DNA of 64,000 nucleotides from Alphaproteobacteria bacterium (lineage in GTDB: Bacteria; Pseudomonadota; Alphaproteobacteria; UBA828), in NCBI GenBank assembly GCA_965214705.1, contig CBDCCI010000002.1, forward strand, positions 1,920,001 through 1,984,000, written 5' to 3'. The notes under the pieces are model-generated. The model did no database searches and was not told the origin of the DNA. It worked only from the letters and a program-made list of their open reading frames with translations. Positions 36,319-45,674 of the stretch are shown here, piece by piece. Position numbers and translations under genes: made by a program. Each line of letters starts with the position of its first letter. Position 1 is the first letter of the stretch.

Positions 36319-36972
36319 CTACGTGGAGGAAAGACGCGAGTCGACGATTGCCGCCGCCTGCCCGAACACCTCATCGGGTCCGAGAGCGGTGGTGTCGATC
36401 CGACTTGCGTCTGCCGCCGGCTTCAACGGTGCGGCGCTACGCCGGCTGTCGCGGACGTCGCGAGCGATTATTTCTTCCAAAACACTGGATTCTATACTCT
36501 CGACGCCGCGCGATCGCAACTCACAAAGGCGGCGCTCCGCCCGCACTTCGGCGGTTGCCTCCAGGTAGAACTTCACTTGCGCCTCCGGGCAGACGACGGT
36601 GCCGATATCCCGTCCGTCCAGCACGGCGCCCGGCGGCGCGGCGGCGAAGGTCCGCTGATAGTCGAGCAGAGCCCGTCGCACAGCGCCGTGGGTCGCGACC
36701 ACCGATGCCGCCTGCCCCACATCTTCTTCGCGCAGCGCAGGATCGTCGAGGTCGGCGGCCGTGACATGACGCGCCGCCGCTGCCGCTTCCGCCTCCCGTG
36801 CTGGGTCGCTGTTTGCGCGCAGCAGGCGCAGTGCCGTCGCGCGATAGAGCGCGCCGGTATCGAGGTGCCGCAGCCCGTAGTGCGACGCGAGGCGGCGCGC
36901 GAGGGTGCCCTTCCCCGCCGCCGCAGGACCGTCGACCGCGATGACCAGCGGCGCCGGCTCACTGCGCGACAA
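36319..36972 (-). CDS. cmk: Cytidylate kinase
   Basis: AVDGPAAAGKGT, LDTGALYR and DGRDIGTVV motifs. Confidence 0.97.
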   Translation of the reverse strand: MSRSEPAPLVIAVDGPAAAGKGTLARRLASHYGLRHLDTGALYRATALRLLRANSDPAREAEAAAAARHVTAADLDDPALREEDVGQAASVVATHGAVRRALLDYQRTFAAAPPGAVLDGRDIGTVVCPEAQVKFYLEATAEVRAERRLCELRSRGVESIESSVLEEIIARDVRDSRRSAAPLKPAADASRIDTTALGPDEVFGQAAAIVDSRLSST

Positions 36973-38287
36973 TCGAGGCTCCCAGACGATTCATGTCGGC
37001 GACGAAGCCCGGATAGCTGGTGCCGATCATCGACCCGTCGTCGACGGTCATGGGCTTCCCGCTCGCCATGCCGAGGGTAAGAAAGGCCATGGCGATGCGA
37101 TGATCGAGGTGCGTCGCCACCAGGCCCCCGCCGGGCGGCGGGCCGCCGCATCCCTCGATATCGAGCCCGTCGTCCCGCTCGATCACTGTCACACCGGCGG
37201 CACGGAGACCCGCGGCGGTCGCGCCCAGCCTGTCGCTCTCCTTGACGCGCAGCTCGGCAAGCCCGTTGAGCCGTGTGGTGCCCTCGGCGCAGGCGGCGAT
37301 CACGCTCAGGATGGGATACTCATCGATCATGCTGGGCGCCCGCACGGCCGGCACGTCGACCCCGCGCAGCGGGCCGGCGCGCACCGCGATATCGGCAAGC
37401 GGCTCGCCCCCCAACTCGCGACGCGGCCCCATTTCGATCCTGGCACCCATCTCGCGCAGGGTCTTGAACAGGCCGATCCTGCCGGGATTGACGCCCACCC
37501 GGCGGATTACGATGTCGGAGCCGGGCACCATCAAGGCGGCAGCCATCGGAAACGCCGCAGCGCTCGGGTCGCCCGGCACGGTAAGCACGCAAGGCTGGAG
37601 CTCCGGATAGCCGGTGACGGCGATGACGCTGCCGCCGTCCGCGTGTGCTTTCACGCCGACCCGCGCGCCGAAGCGGCGCAGCATGCGCTCGGTGTGATCG
37701 CGGCTCGGCGCAGGCTCGATCACACGGGTCTCCCCCGGCGCATTGAGACCGGCGAGCAGCACCGCCGACTTCACCTGCGCCGACGCTACCGGCAGCCGAT
37801 ACTCGATGGGCAGCGGCTGGTCGGCGCCGATCAGCGCGAAGGGCAACCGGCCGCCGCTGCGGGCCTCGAAACGCGCGCCCATCCGCTCCAGCGGCTCGAT
37901 GATCCGGCCCATCGGCCGCTGTCGCAGCGAGGCATCGCCGGTCATGAAGGCGGTGAACCCGTGGCTCGCGCAGATACCCGCAAGCAGGCGCACCGCGGTG
38001 CCGGAGTTGCCGAGGTCGAGCACCGCGTCGGGCTCGGCCAGCCCGCCGACGCCGACCCCATGCACGTGCCAGCTTCCGTCATCGGCCGGCCCGATGGTCG
38101 CCCCGAGAGCGCGGAGCGCAGCCGCGGTCGCCGCCACGTCCTCCCCCTCCAGGAGGCCACTGACGCGAGTCTCGCCGACCGCGAGCGCGCCAAGCATGAG
38201 CGCACGGTGGGAGATGGACTTGTCGCCGGGCACCGAGCAGGTTCCCTTCAACGGGCCGGCAGCCGAGGAGATCAGGGGGTCTGGCAC
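36959..38287 (-). CDS. aroA: 3-phosphoshikimate 1-carboxyvinyltransferase
   Basis: PGDKSISHR, LGNSGT, SAQVKS, RVKESDR and DHRIAM motifs; start 38287 or 38344. Confidence 0.97.
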   Translation of the reverse strand: MPDPLISSAAGPLKGTCSVPGDKSISHRALMLGALAVGETRVSGLLEGEDVAATAAALRALGATIGPADDGSWHVHGVGVGGLAEPDAVLDLGNSGTAVRLLAGICASHGFTAFMTGDASLRQRPMGRIIEPLERMGARFEARSGGRLPFALIGADQPLPIEYRLPVASAQVKSAVLLAGLNAPGETRVIEPAPSRDHTERMLRRFGARVGVKAHADGGSVIAVTGYPELQPCVLTVPGDPSAAAFPMAAALMVPGSDIVIRRVGVNPGRIGLFKTLREMGARIEMGPRRELGGEPLADIAVRAGPLRGVDVPAVRAPSMIDEYPILSVIAACAEGTTRLNGLAELRVKESDRLGATAAGLRAAGVTVIERDDGLDIEGCGGPPPGGGLVATHLDHRIAMAFLTLGMASGKPMTVDDGSMIGTSYPGFVADMNRLGASIVAQ

Positions 38288-38470
38288 GTGCTCTCCGGCG
38301 CAGTCCTCGCGGCGCGCGCGTGGCGTGGCAATGGCGTCGGACACGCCCCGTCTCTAGCACAGCGCCGGGTGGCGTCAAGCGGTCCGAATTCGAACCAAAT
38401 TTTGGTTTTGACAGGGGGGCGCCAAACTGGCATTGGCGACGGTCATAATTGAAATAAGAGTATGGGAGGC

Positions 38471-38800
38471 ATGGGCTTGGCAAAGCGGGAGTGGGGTAAC
38501 AAACACACCTGCGTGGCCTGCGGCGCGAAGTTCTACGACTTGCATCGCAGACCAATCGAATGTCCCAAGTGCGGCACCGTGGTCGAGGTCGAGACCGCGC
38601 GGCCGAATCGGCGCCGCCCGCCGGCGCAGCCGGAACCGCCGCCACCACAGGCGCCGCCCGCCAATGACGACGATGTCGCGGCAAGCGCGGTGGATGAGGC
38701 CACCGACGATGACGACGACATGATCGACGACATCGATCACGGCGATGACGGTCTGGTCGAAGGCATCGACAAGAGGGAGCCGACACAGGCGGAGTCTTGA
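38471..38800 (+). CDS. TIGR02300 / FYDLN acid-domain protein
   Basis: WGNKHTC..CGAKFYDL...CPKCG followed by an acidic tail; divergent from aroA. Confidence 0.9.
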   Translation: MGLAKREWGNKHTCVACGAKFYDLHRRPIECPKCGTVVEVETARPNRRRPPAQPEPPPPQAPPANDDDVAASAVDEATDDDDDMIDDIDHGDDGLVEGIDKREPTQAES

Positions 38801-38895
38801 CCCGCGGCGGACCGTGCCTAATTCTTGTTTCACCTTGCGTCGTGAGTAGCGGAGCGCCTAGGGTTCCACCCGCCGCGCGGCGCGCCCGGAATTGC

Positions 38896-38971
<76 letters not shown>

Positions 38972-38996
38972 TTCCGGCCGCCGAGGTGGCGCTAGC

Positions 38997-39686
38997 GTGA
39001 GCGCCCAGAAGAACATTCTGATCGTCGACGACGACCAGGCGCTGCGCCAGTCCCTCGCCGAGCAGCTCCACATGTACGAGGAGTTTTCGGCGAGCGAAGC
39101 GGGGACCGGTCGCGCGGCTCTCGATGCGATCAAGAGCGGCCGCTTCGATCTAATCCTGCTGGATCTCGGCCTGCCTGACATGGACGGCCGGGAGCTCTGC
39201 AAGCTCATGCGGCGCAGCGGCATCGCGGTGCCGATCATCATGCTGACCGCCGCCGACAGCGAGGCGGACACCATTCTCGGCCTGGATTCAGGTGCCAACG
39301 ACTACGTCACCAAGCCCTTCCGCCTCGGCGCCCTGCTCGCCCGCATCCGTGCCCAGTTGCGCCAGCACGAGCACAGCGAGGACGCGACCTTCACCATCGG
39401 CGAGTTCACCTTCAAGCCCGCGTCGAAGCTCCTGCTCAAGCCCGACGGCAAGGGCAAGATTCGCCTGACCGAGAAGGAAGCCGCGATCCTCAAGTACCTC
39501 TATCGCGCGCGTGACCGGGTGATCGCCCGCGACGTGCTGCTGAGCGAGGTGTGGGGCTACAACGCGAACGTCGCGACCCACACGCTGGAGACCCACATCT
39601 ACCGGCTGCGCCAGAAGATCGAGGACGAGCCCTCCGATCCCCGTCTGCTGATCACCGAGGGCGGCGGTTACCGATTGGTGGCATAG
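38997..39686 (+). CDS. OmpR-family response regulator (no adjacent kinase)
   Basis: ILIVDDD, LLDLGLPDMDG, GANDYVTKPF and ETHIYRLRQKIE motifs. Confidence 0.93.
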   Translation: MSAQKNILIVDDDQALRQSLAEQLHMYEEFSASEAGTGRAALDAIKSGRFDLILLDLGLPDMDGRELCKLMRRSGIAVPIIMLTAADSEADTILGLDSGANDYVTKPFRLGALLARIRAQLRQHEHSEDATFTIGEFTFKPASKLLLKPDGKGKIRLTEKEAAILKYLYRARDRVIARDVLLSEVWGYNANVATHTLETHIYRLRQKIEDEPSDPRLLITEGGGYRLVA

Positions 39687-39716
39687 CGGTTACGCTGCCG
39701 TCGCGGGCGGCAGCAA

Positions 39717-40511
39717 TCAATCGACCAAAAAATCCTTGAGCGCGTCGAGGGTCGCGTCGGGCTCTTCGTCGAGCATGATGTGGCCGGCTTGTGGAATCAC
39801 CACCGTGGTCGCATCCGGCAACATCCCGGCGAGCGCCCGCCCGCGCTTCGCCGGCGTCATCAGGTCGCGTGCGCCGATGACCACCAGTGTCGGGCAGGCG
39901 ACGGCCGCGGCGGCCGCTTCGCCGTCCTCGTAAGCGTTGGTCGCGACCAGGTCGTTGTGCAACACGCCGGGCGCCGCACGCTCGAGGGTGCGCAACCCAC
40001 CGCCGGTCATCCAGATCCCCGGCATCTTGTGGACGCCGTAATGCGCGCGCCGGCCATAGCCCCAGCCGGTGAGAAGCTCGAGCGCGTGGTGGTCGTCCGC
40101 AGCTGAGCTGTCGAGCAGGAGGTCGTTGACCGGGATCGCGGGCGCCGCGCCGAGCAGCGCGAGCTTGCGGACTCGCGTGCCGTGGCGCGCCGCCGCATCC
40201 ATCGCAACCAGGGCGCCCATGCTGTGGCCGACCAGGTTGGCCTCGCCGACCTCCGCCGCATCCATGAGCGCAACGAGCCAGTCCGCCATCGCCGGGATGG
40301 TGGGGCGCGGCGGCCCGTCCGAGCGGCCGTGGCCGGGCAGGTCGATCGCCAGCACGCTGCCGCCGTTCCAGGCAAAGTAGCGCGCCTGCAATTTCCAGAC
40401 CGTATGATCGAAGGCGGCGCCGTGCACGAATATCGTCACCGGCAGGCTGGGATCGAACGCCCGGCCGCCGGTGGCGGCGAAGGCCGTCGCGCCGTTGACC
40501 CTGATATCCAC
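39717..40511 (-). CDS. Alpha/beta hydrolase
   Basis: FVHGA, DLPGHGRS, GHSMG and AGH motifs. Confidence 0.9.
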   Translation of the reverse strand: MDIRVNGATAFAATGGRAFDPSLPVTIFVHGAAFDHTVWKLQARYFAWNGGSVLAIDLPGHGRSDGPPRPTIPAMADWLVALMDAAEVGEANLVGHSMGALVAMDAAARHGTRVRKLALLGAAPAIPVNDLLLDSSAADDHHALELLTGWGYGRRAHYGVHKMPGIWMTGGGLRTLERAAPGVLHNDLVATNAYEDGEAAAAAVACPTLVVIGARDLMTPAKRGRALAGMLPDATTVVIPQAGHIMLDEEPDATLDALKDFLVD

Positions 40512-40513
40512 GG

Positions 40514-41821
40514 CTAACGGCCCTTCGCGGCGCGTGCGGCCGCGCGAAGGCCGCGTTCGAGATCGGTGATCAGGTCCCCCGGGTCTTCCAGCCCGATGGA
40601 GAGCCGCACCATGTCCTCGCCGACGCCCGCGGCCTCCAGTGCCGCCGCGTCCATCTGCTGATGAGTGGTGCTGGCGGGATGGATGACGAGGCTCTTGGCA
40701 TCGCCCACGTTGGCCAAGTGCGAGAGCAGTTCCACCGCCTCGATGAAGGCCCGCCCGGCCTCGCGACCACCTTTCACGCCGAAGCAGAAGATTGCGCCTG
40801 AGCCCTGAGGCAGCAGGGTTTTCGCGCGCTCGTGATCGGGGTGTGAGGGGAGCTCCGGGTAGCTCACCCACGAGACGGCATCGTGCTCATCGAGGAAGGC
40901 CACGATCTTGCGCGCATTCTCGACATGGCGCGCCATACGGACCGGCAGGCTCTCGACACCCTGGAGAATGTGAAAGGCGTTGGTTGGGCTCATGCACGCC
41001 CCAAAATCCCGCAGGCCCTCTGCCCTGGCGCGCGCGATGAAGGCAGCCGGGCCGAACTCTTCGGCGAAGTCGATGCCGTGATAGCCGAGATAGGGCTCGG
41101 TGAGAGTCGGGAACTTGCCCGAAGCCTCCCAGTCGAATTTTCCGGCGTCGACGATGACGCCGCCGATGGCGACCCCGTGCCCGCCCAAGAACTTCGTCGC
41201 CGAGTGCATGACGATGTCGCAACCGTGCTCGATCGGGCGGCAGAGGCAGGGCGTGGCGAAGGTGCTGTCGATCATCAGGGGAACGCCGGCCTCGTGGGCG
41301 ATGGCAGCGACCGCCGGCATGTCCATGATCTCCAGGCCGGGGTTGCCCAGCGTCTCGCCGAAGACGAGCCGCGTCTCCGCTCGGATCGCCGTGCGGAACC
41401 CCTCGGTGTCGCGGGGATGGACGAAGGTCGTTTCGATCCCGAAGCGCGGCAAGGTGTGGGTGAAGAGGTTATGGCTGCCGCCGTAGATCGACGCGGACGA
41501 GACGATGTGCCCGCCGGCATCCATCAGGGTCGCGACCGCGAGATGAAGCGCCGCCTGCCCGCTCGCGGTGCAGACCGCCCCGACGCCCCCTTCCAGCGCA
41601 GCGACGCGCTCCTCCAGCACCGCGACCGTCGGGTTCGAGATGCGCGTGTAGATGTGGCCAGCCCGCTCTAGATTGAACAGCGAGGCCGCCTGCTCGGTGT
41701 CGTCGAAGACGTAGGAGGTGGTCTGGTAGATCGGCACCGCGCGGGCGCCGGTCGTCGGGTCCGGCTTCTGGCCCGCGTGCAGGCTCAGTGTGTCGCGCTT
41801 GAAGGCCAGTGGATCAGCCAT
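40514..41821 (-). CDS. metY: O-acetylhomoserine aminocarboxypropyltransferase / sulfhydrylase
   Basis: PIYQTTSY, YTRISNPT, HSATKF and ANVGDAKSLVIHPASTTH motifs. Confidence 0.88.
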   Translation of the reverse strand: MADPLAFKRDTLSLHAGQKPDPTTGARAVPIYQTTSYVFDDTEQAASLFNLERAGHIYTRISNPTVAVLEERVAALEGGVGAVCTASGQAALHLAVATLMDAGGHIVSSASIYGGSHNLFTHTLPRFGIETTFVHPRDTEGFRTAIRAETRLVFGETLGNPGLEIMDMPAVAAIAHEAGVPLMIDSTFATPCLCRPIEHGCDIVMHSATKFLGGHGVAIGGVIVDAGKFDWEASGKFPTLTEPYLGYHGIDFAEEFGPAAFIARARAEGLRDFGACMSPTNAFHILQGVESLPVRMARHVENARKIVAFLDEHDAVSWVSYPELPSHPDHERAKTLLPQGSGAIFCFGVKGGREAGRAFIEAVELLSHLANVGDAKSLVIHPASTTHQQMDAAALEAAGVGEDMVRLSIGLEDPGDLITDLERGLRAAARAAKGR

Positions 41822-41904
41822 TGCCTCTTTCCCCGGTGCGCCGATACGGCTCAGGCCGCCGCCCGGCGCGAGGCTCTGCCATCCGTGCTACGTTGGCAAG
41901 CGTC

Positions 41905-42078
41905 ATGACGGCAGACCGACGCAAGCAGAAGCCGGCCACTCCCGGTACTGGCAAGCGGCCCGAGCGCGAGGCGCGGCTCGCCGCCGCTCTGCGGGAGAAC
42001 CTGCGCCGGCGCAAGCGCCAGAAGAGCGAACGCAAGGCCGCTGCGCCGCCGCCGGATCGGGACGGCGACGGCGCGTAA
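41905..42078 (+). CDS. Small basic conserved hypothetical protein
   Basis: REARLAAALRENLRRRK motif, which I recognise from small alphaproteobacterial proteins. Confidence 0.7.
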   Translation: MTADRRKQKPATPGTGKRPEREARLAAALRENLRRRKRQKSERKAAAPPPDRDGDGA

Positions 42079-42108
42079 AGCGAGCGTTCGGTCGCGGCAC
42101 CGCGCCGC

Positions 42109-42855
42109 TCACAGCATCACGTCGCCTGAGTTGGGCCCGAGGGTCTGGCCCACGTAGATGGCCCCGCCGGGGCCGGCGAGGAAGGCCACGGTCTCGGCGA
42201 TCTCCCACGCCTCGCCGAAGCGCCCGAGCGGCAGCTCGGCGGCCTTTGCCTGCTGCCACTCCTTGGAGATGTCGTTGAGGATCGGGGTGTTGCAGGGGCC
42301 GGGACCGATAGCGTTGACCCGCACGCCGCGGCTGGAGACTTCCAGCGCCAGCGACTTGGTGAGTCCGATCACGCCGGCCTTCGCAGCCGCGTAATGGGCC
42401 ATTTCATTAGCACCCTTGTGGCCGAGCTGCGAGGCGGTGTTGATGATCACGCCCTCGCCCTTCTCCAGCATCGGGCCGAGCGCCTCGCGGTCGCAGAGGA
42501 AGACGCCGCGCAGAAGCACCGCCACCATGCGGTCGAAGTCCTCCGTTTTCATCTCCACGAACGGCGACAGCTGGGCGTAGCCGGCATTGGCGAAGAGCAG
42601 CGTGCAGTCGCCGAAGGCGTTGCGGCAAGCCGCGAACATCGCCTTCACGTCGGACTCGCTCGCGACATCGCCGCCGATCGCCTCGGCCCGGCCGTTGCCT
42701 TCCCGGATCTTGGCGGCCGTGCGCTGGGCGTTCTCCTCGTTGATGTCCTGGCAGAAGATCGGCATCCCCTCCCGCGCGAGCCTGAACGCGCTAGCCTCGC
42801 CGAAGCCGCTGCCGGCACCGGTGATCACGGCGATGTGGTCCTGCATTTCGATCAT
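42109..42855 (-). CDS. Short-chain dehydrogenase/reductase
   Basis: TGAGSGFG, NAG and YAAAK motifs. Confidence 0.93.
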   Translation of the reverse strand: MIEMQDHIAVITGAGSGFGEASAFRLAREGMPIFCQDINEENAQRTAAKIREGNGRAEAIGGDVASESDVKAMFAACRNAFGDCTLLFANAGYAQLSPFVEMKTEDFDRMVAVLLRGVFLCDREALGPMLEKGEGVIINTASQLGHKGANEMAHYAAAKAGVIGLTKSLALEVSSRGVRVNAIGPGPCNTPILNDISKEWQQAKAAELPLGRFGEAWEIAETVAFLAGPGGAIYVGQTLGPNSGDVML

Positions 42856-42885
42856 GACCGTCCACTCCCTTCGATTGTCGTTTGA

Positions 42886-44205
42886 TTACTCCGTTCGCCC
42901 GAACACGCGGGCGAAGATGGTATCAACGTGCTTGAGATACGGCTCCGGCGCGAACAGCGCGGCGAGCGCGGCGCGATCGAGCACTGCAGCAACCCGCGCG
43001 TCCGCCGCGAGCGCAGCCTCGAAACTTCCCCCGTTTTCCCAGATTTTTAGCGCGATTTCCTGAACCATAGAATAAGCTTCTTCACGCGACATGCCGCGCT
43101 CGATCAGCGCAAGCAGCACGCGCTGGCTGTAGACCAGCCCGCCCCGGCTCTCCAGGTTGCGCCGCATGGCCGCCTCGTCGACCACAAGTCCATCGACGAC
43201 CCCGGCAAGTCTGGTCAGCGCGAAGTCCAGCGCGATGGTGGCATCCGGCGCGAACACGCGCTCGACCGCCGAATGGCTGATGTCGCGCTCGTGCCAGAGC
43301 GCGATGTTCTCCAGCGCCGGCACCACGGCCGCGCGCACGATGCGGGCGAGGCCGGTCAGGTTCTCGGTCAGGATCGGGTTCTTCTTGTGGGGCATGGCCG
43401 ACGAGCCTTTCTGGCCCTTGCCGAAGGCCTCGGCCGCCTCCCCCACCTCGCTTCGCTGCAAATGTCTGATCTCCACCGCGAGCCGCTCGATGGCGCCGGC
43501 GATGACGCCCAGCACCGCGAAATACATGGCGTGGCGATCGCGCGGAATCACCTGGGTCGAGACCGGCTCCGGCGCGAGCCCCATCCGCTCCGCGACGTGC
43601 GCCTCGACCGCCGGGTCGACGCTCGCGAAGGTGCCGACCGGGCCGGATATGGCGCAGGTCGCGATTTCGCGCCGCGCTGCCTGCAGCCGTTCTTCTGCCC
43701 TCGCAAACTCGGCGTAGTGACCTGCGAGCTTGAGCCCGAAGCTCGTCGGCTCAGCGTGGACGCCGTGGCTCCGGCCGACGCAGAGCGTGTCCTTGTGCTC
43801 GAAGGCGCGGCGCTCCAATGCCGCGGCCACGGCATCGACGCCCTCTGCGAGCAAGGCACCGGCCCGGTCGAGCTGCACCGCGAAACAGGTGTCGAGGACA
43901 TCGGAGGAGGTGAGACCCCGGTGGATCAAGCGCGCCTCCGGCCCCACGTGGTTCGCGAGATTGGTGAGGAAGGCGATCACGTCGTGGCGAGTCTCGCGCT
44001 CGATCGCGTCGATCTTCGCGGGATCAATCAGCGCCGCCGGATGCTCCTCGATGGCGCGTGCGAGCGCGTCTGCCGCCTCCTGCGGCGCCTGCCCGAGCGC
44101 GACCTGAGCGTCAAGCGCGTGACGCTCGATCTCCAGCCAGATGGCGAACTTGGTTTCGGGTGCCCAGACCGCGGCCATCTCCGGGCGTGAGTAGCGCGGG
44201 ATCAT
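42886..44205 (-). CDS. purB: Adenylosuccinate lyase
   Basis: MIPRYSR, GRSHGVHAEP, GSSAMPHKKNP and HERDISHS motifs. Confidence 0.97.
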   Translation of the reverse strand: MIPRYSRPEMAAVWAPETKFAIWLEIERHALDAQVALGQAPQEAADALARAIEEHPAALIDPAKIDAIERETRHDVIAFLTNLANHVGPEARLIHRGLTSSDVLDTCFAVQLDRAGALLAEGVDAVAAALERRAFEHKDTLCVGRSHGVHAEPTSFGLKLAGHYAEFARAEERLQAARREIATCAISGPVGTFASVDPAVEAHVAERMGLAPEPVSTQVIPRDRHAMYFAVLGVIAGAIERLAVEIRHLQRSEVGEAAEAFGKGQKGSSAMPHKKNPILTENLTGLARIVRAAVVPALENIALWHERDISHSAVERVFAPDATIALDFALTRLAGVVDGLVVDEAAMRRNLESRGGLVYSQRVLLALIERGMSREEAYSMVQEIALKIWENGGSFEAALAADARVAAVLDRAALAALFAPEPYLKHVDTIFARVFGRTE

Positions 44206-44257
44206 GGGATATCGCGGCGGGGGATCGACCCTCTCCTCAGATGCCGGCGGCAGGGCT

Positions 44258-44331
44258 TGGCTGGGGCGCCAGGATTCGAACCTGGGATCACGGGACCAAA
44301 ACCCGTTGCCTTACCGCTTGGCTACGCCCCA
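44258..44331 (-). tRNA. tRNA-Gln(TTG)
   Basis: TGGGGCG...CGCCCCAGCCA with anticodon arm ACGGG-TT TTG GT-CCCGT. Confidence 0.95.
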
Positions 44332-44552
44332 GGCGGGGCGGCTTTTACCACGGCGCGAAGCGGCGCGGAAGCGAGCGGCTTATCCTGATCGTGGCGAGAA
44401 CCCCTCCCCAAGGCGGGCCGCCAGCAGGCCCGATGGCCGCAAGACCGGTGGTCCGGGTAGCTTCGTGATTCCGGCAAGTGGTAGATTGTGGCCAGCGGTC
44501 GGCATTGCCGGCCGATAACGACCCATCAAGGGCGCATCAAGGGAGGCTTCAA

Positions 44553-45674
44553 ATGAAGCGAGTCTATGCCAAGACCACGGCCGCTGCCGTGGGCGCCGTC
44601 GCCGCTGTCGCGGTGACGGCTCTGCTGAGTGGAGCCCAGGCCCAGGGCCTGGACGCCGCCCGTCAAATGATCGAGGAACACCGCGCCAAGCCGGTGTTTT
44701 CCGCCCCGGGACCCGCATTCGACGCGAAGTCCTGTGCAGCCGGAAAGCGCGTCCTGACCATTCCTGTCTCCAGCGCGAACCCGTTCACCAAGAACATCGC
44801 CCTGGCAATGATCGAAGCCGGAACCGAAGCCGGCGTCGAGGTGACTGAATGGGAGAACCAGGCGCAACCGTCGCAATGGGTGCAGGGCATCAACTTCGCG
44901 ATCAACGAGGGCTTCGACCTGATCGATCTCCTCGGCGGCGTCGATCCCAGCGTGATCGTGCCGCAAATCCAAGCAGCAACGGGCGCAGGTATCGTCGTCA
45001 AGACGTCGCACTTCTACGACCTGACCCAGACGCCGCACGAGAGTGTCGACGGCGCCGTGCCGCTGAGCTTCTACAAGGTCGGTCAGATCCTCGCGAACTG
45101 GGCCATCAGTCAGACCGACGGCAAGGCTAACGTCGTCATCATCGGTTCCGACGAGATCGTTCCGACGGCGCCGTTCGTCCAGGGTATCCGCGACACGCTG
45201 CAAGCGAATTGCCCGGACTGTCAGGAAGTGGCGTACATCAATGCGCCGGTGCCCGAGTGGGCCACCAAGATTCAGCCCAGCGTCCAGTCGGCGCTGCTCG
45301 CCAACCCAGACGTCAACTACCTCATACCGATCTACGACTCGATGTCGCAGTTCGTCGTGCCGGCCGTCCGCGTGGCCGGCAAGACGGGGCAGGTCAACAT
45401 CGCGACGTTCAACGGCACGCCCTTCGTCATCGACCTGATCCAGCAAGGGCAGGTGGAGATGGATGTCGGCGAGTCGCTCGGCTGGATTGCACGCGGCATC
45501 CTCGATTCGCACATGCGCACGCTGTGCGGGTTGGCCGAGCCGGCCGAGCTGAACGTACCCTTCTATATTTTCGACAGCAGCAACGCGAACGATGCCGGCA
45601 CCCCGGCGGACTACGACCGCGGTTACGGCGACGTGCACGTCTCCGGCTTCCGCACGCTGTGGGGCCTTGAGTAG
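44553..45674 (+). CDS. Sugar-type ABC transporter substrate-binding protein
   Basis: Signal peptide; periplasmic binding protein type I features; GGGAGG RBS; operon with ATPase and permease. Confidence 0.88.
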   Translation: MKRVYAKTTAAAVGAVAAVAVTALLSGAQAQGLDAARQMIEEHRAKPVFSAPGPAFDAKSCAAGKRVLTIPVSSANPFTKNIALAMIEAGTEAGVEVTEWENQAQPSQWVQGINFAINEGFDLIDLLGGVDPSVIVPQIQAATGAGIVVKTSHFYDLTQTPHESVDGAVPLSFYKVGQILANWAISQTDGKANVVIIGSDEIVPTAPFVQGIRDTLQANCPDCQEVAYINAPVPEWATKIQPSVQSALLANPDVNYLIPIYDSMSQFVVPAVRVAGKTGQVNIATFNGTPFVIDLIQQGQVEMDVGESLGWIARGILDSHMRTLCGLAEPAELNVPFYIFDSSNANDAGTPADYDRGYGDVHVSGFRTLWGLE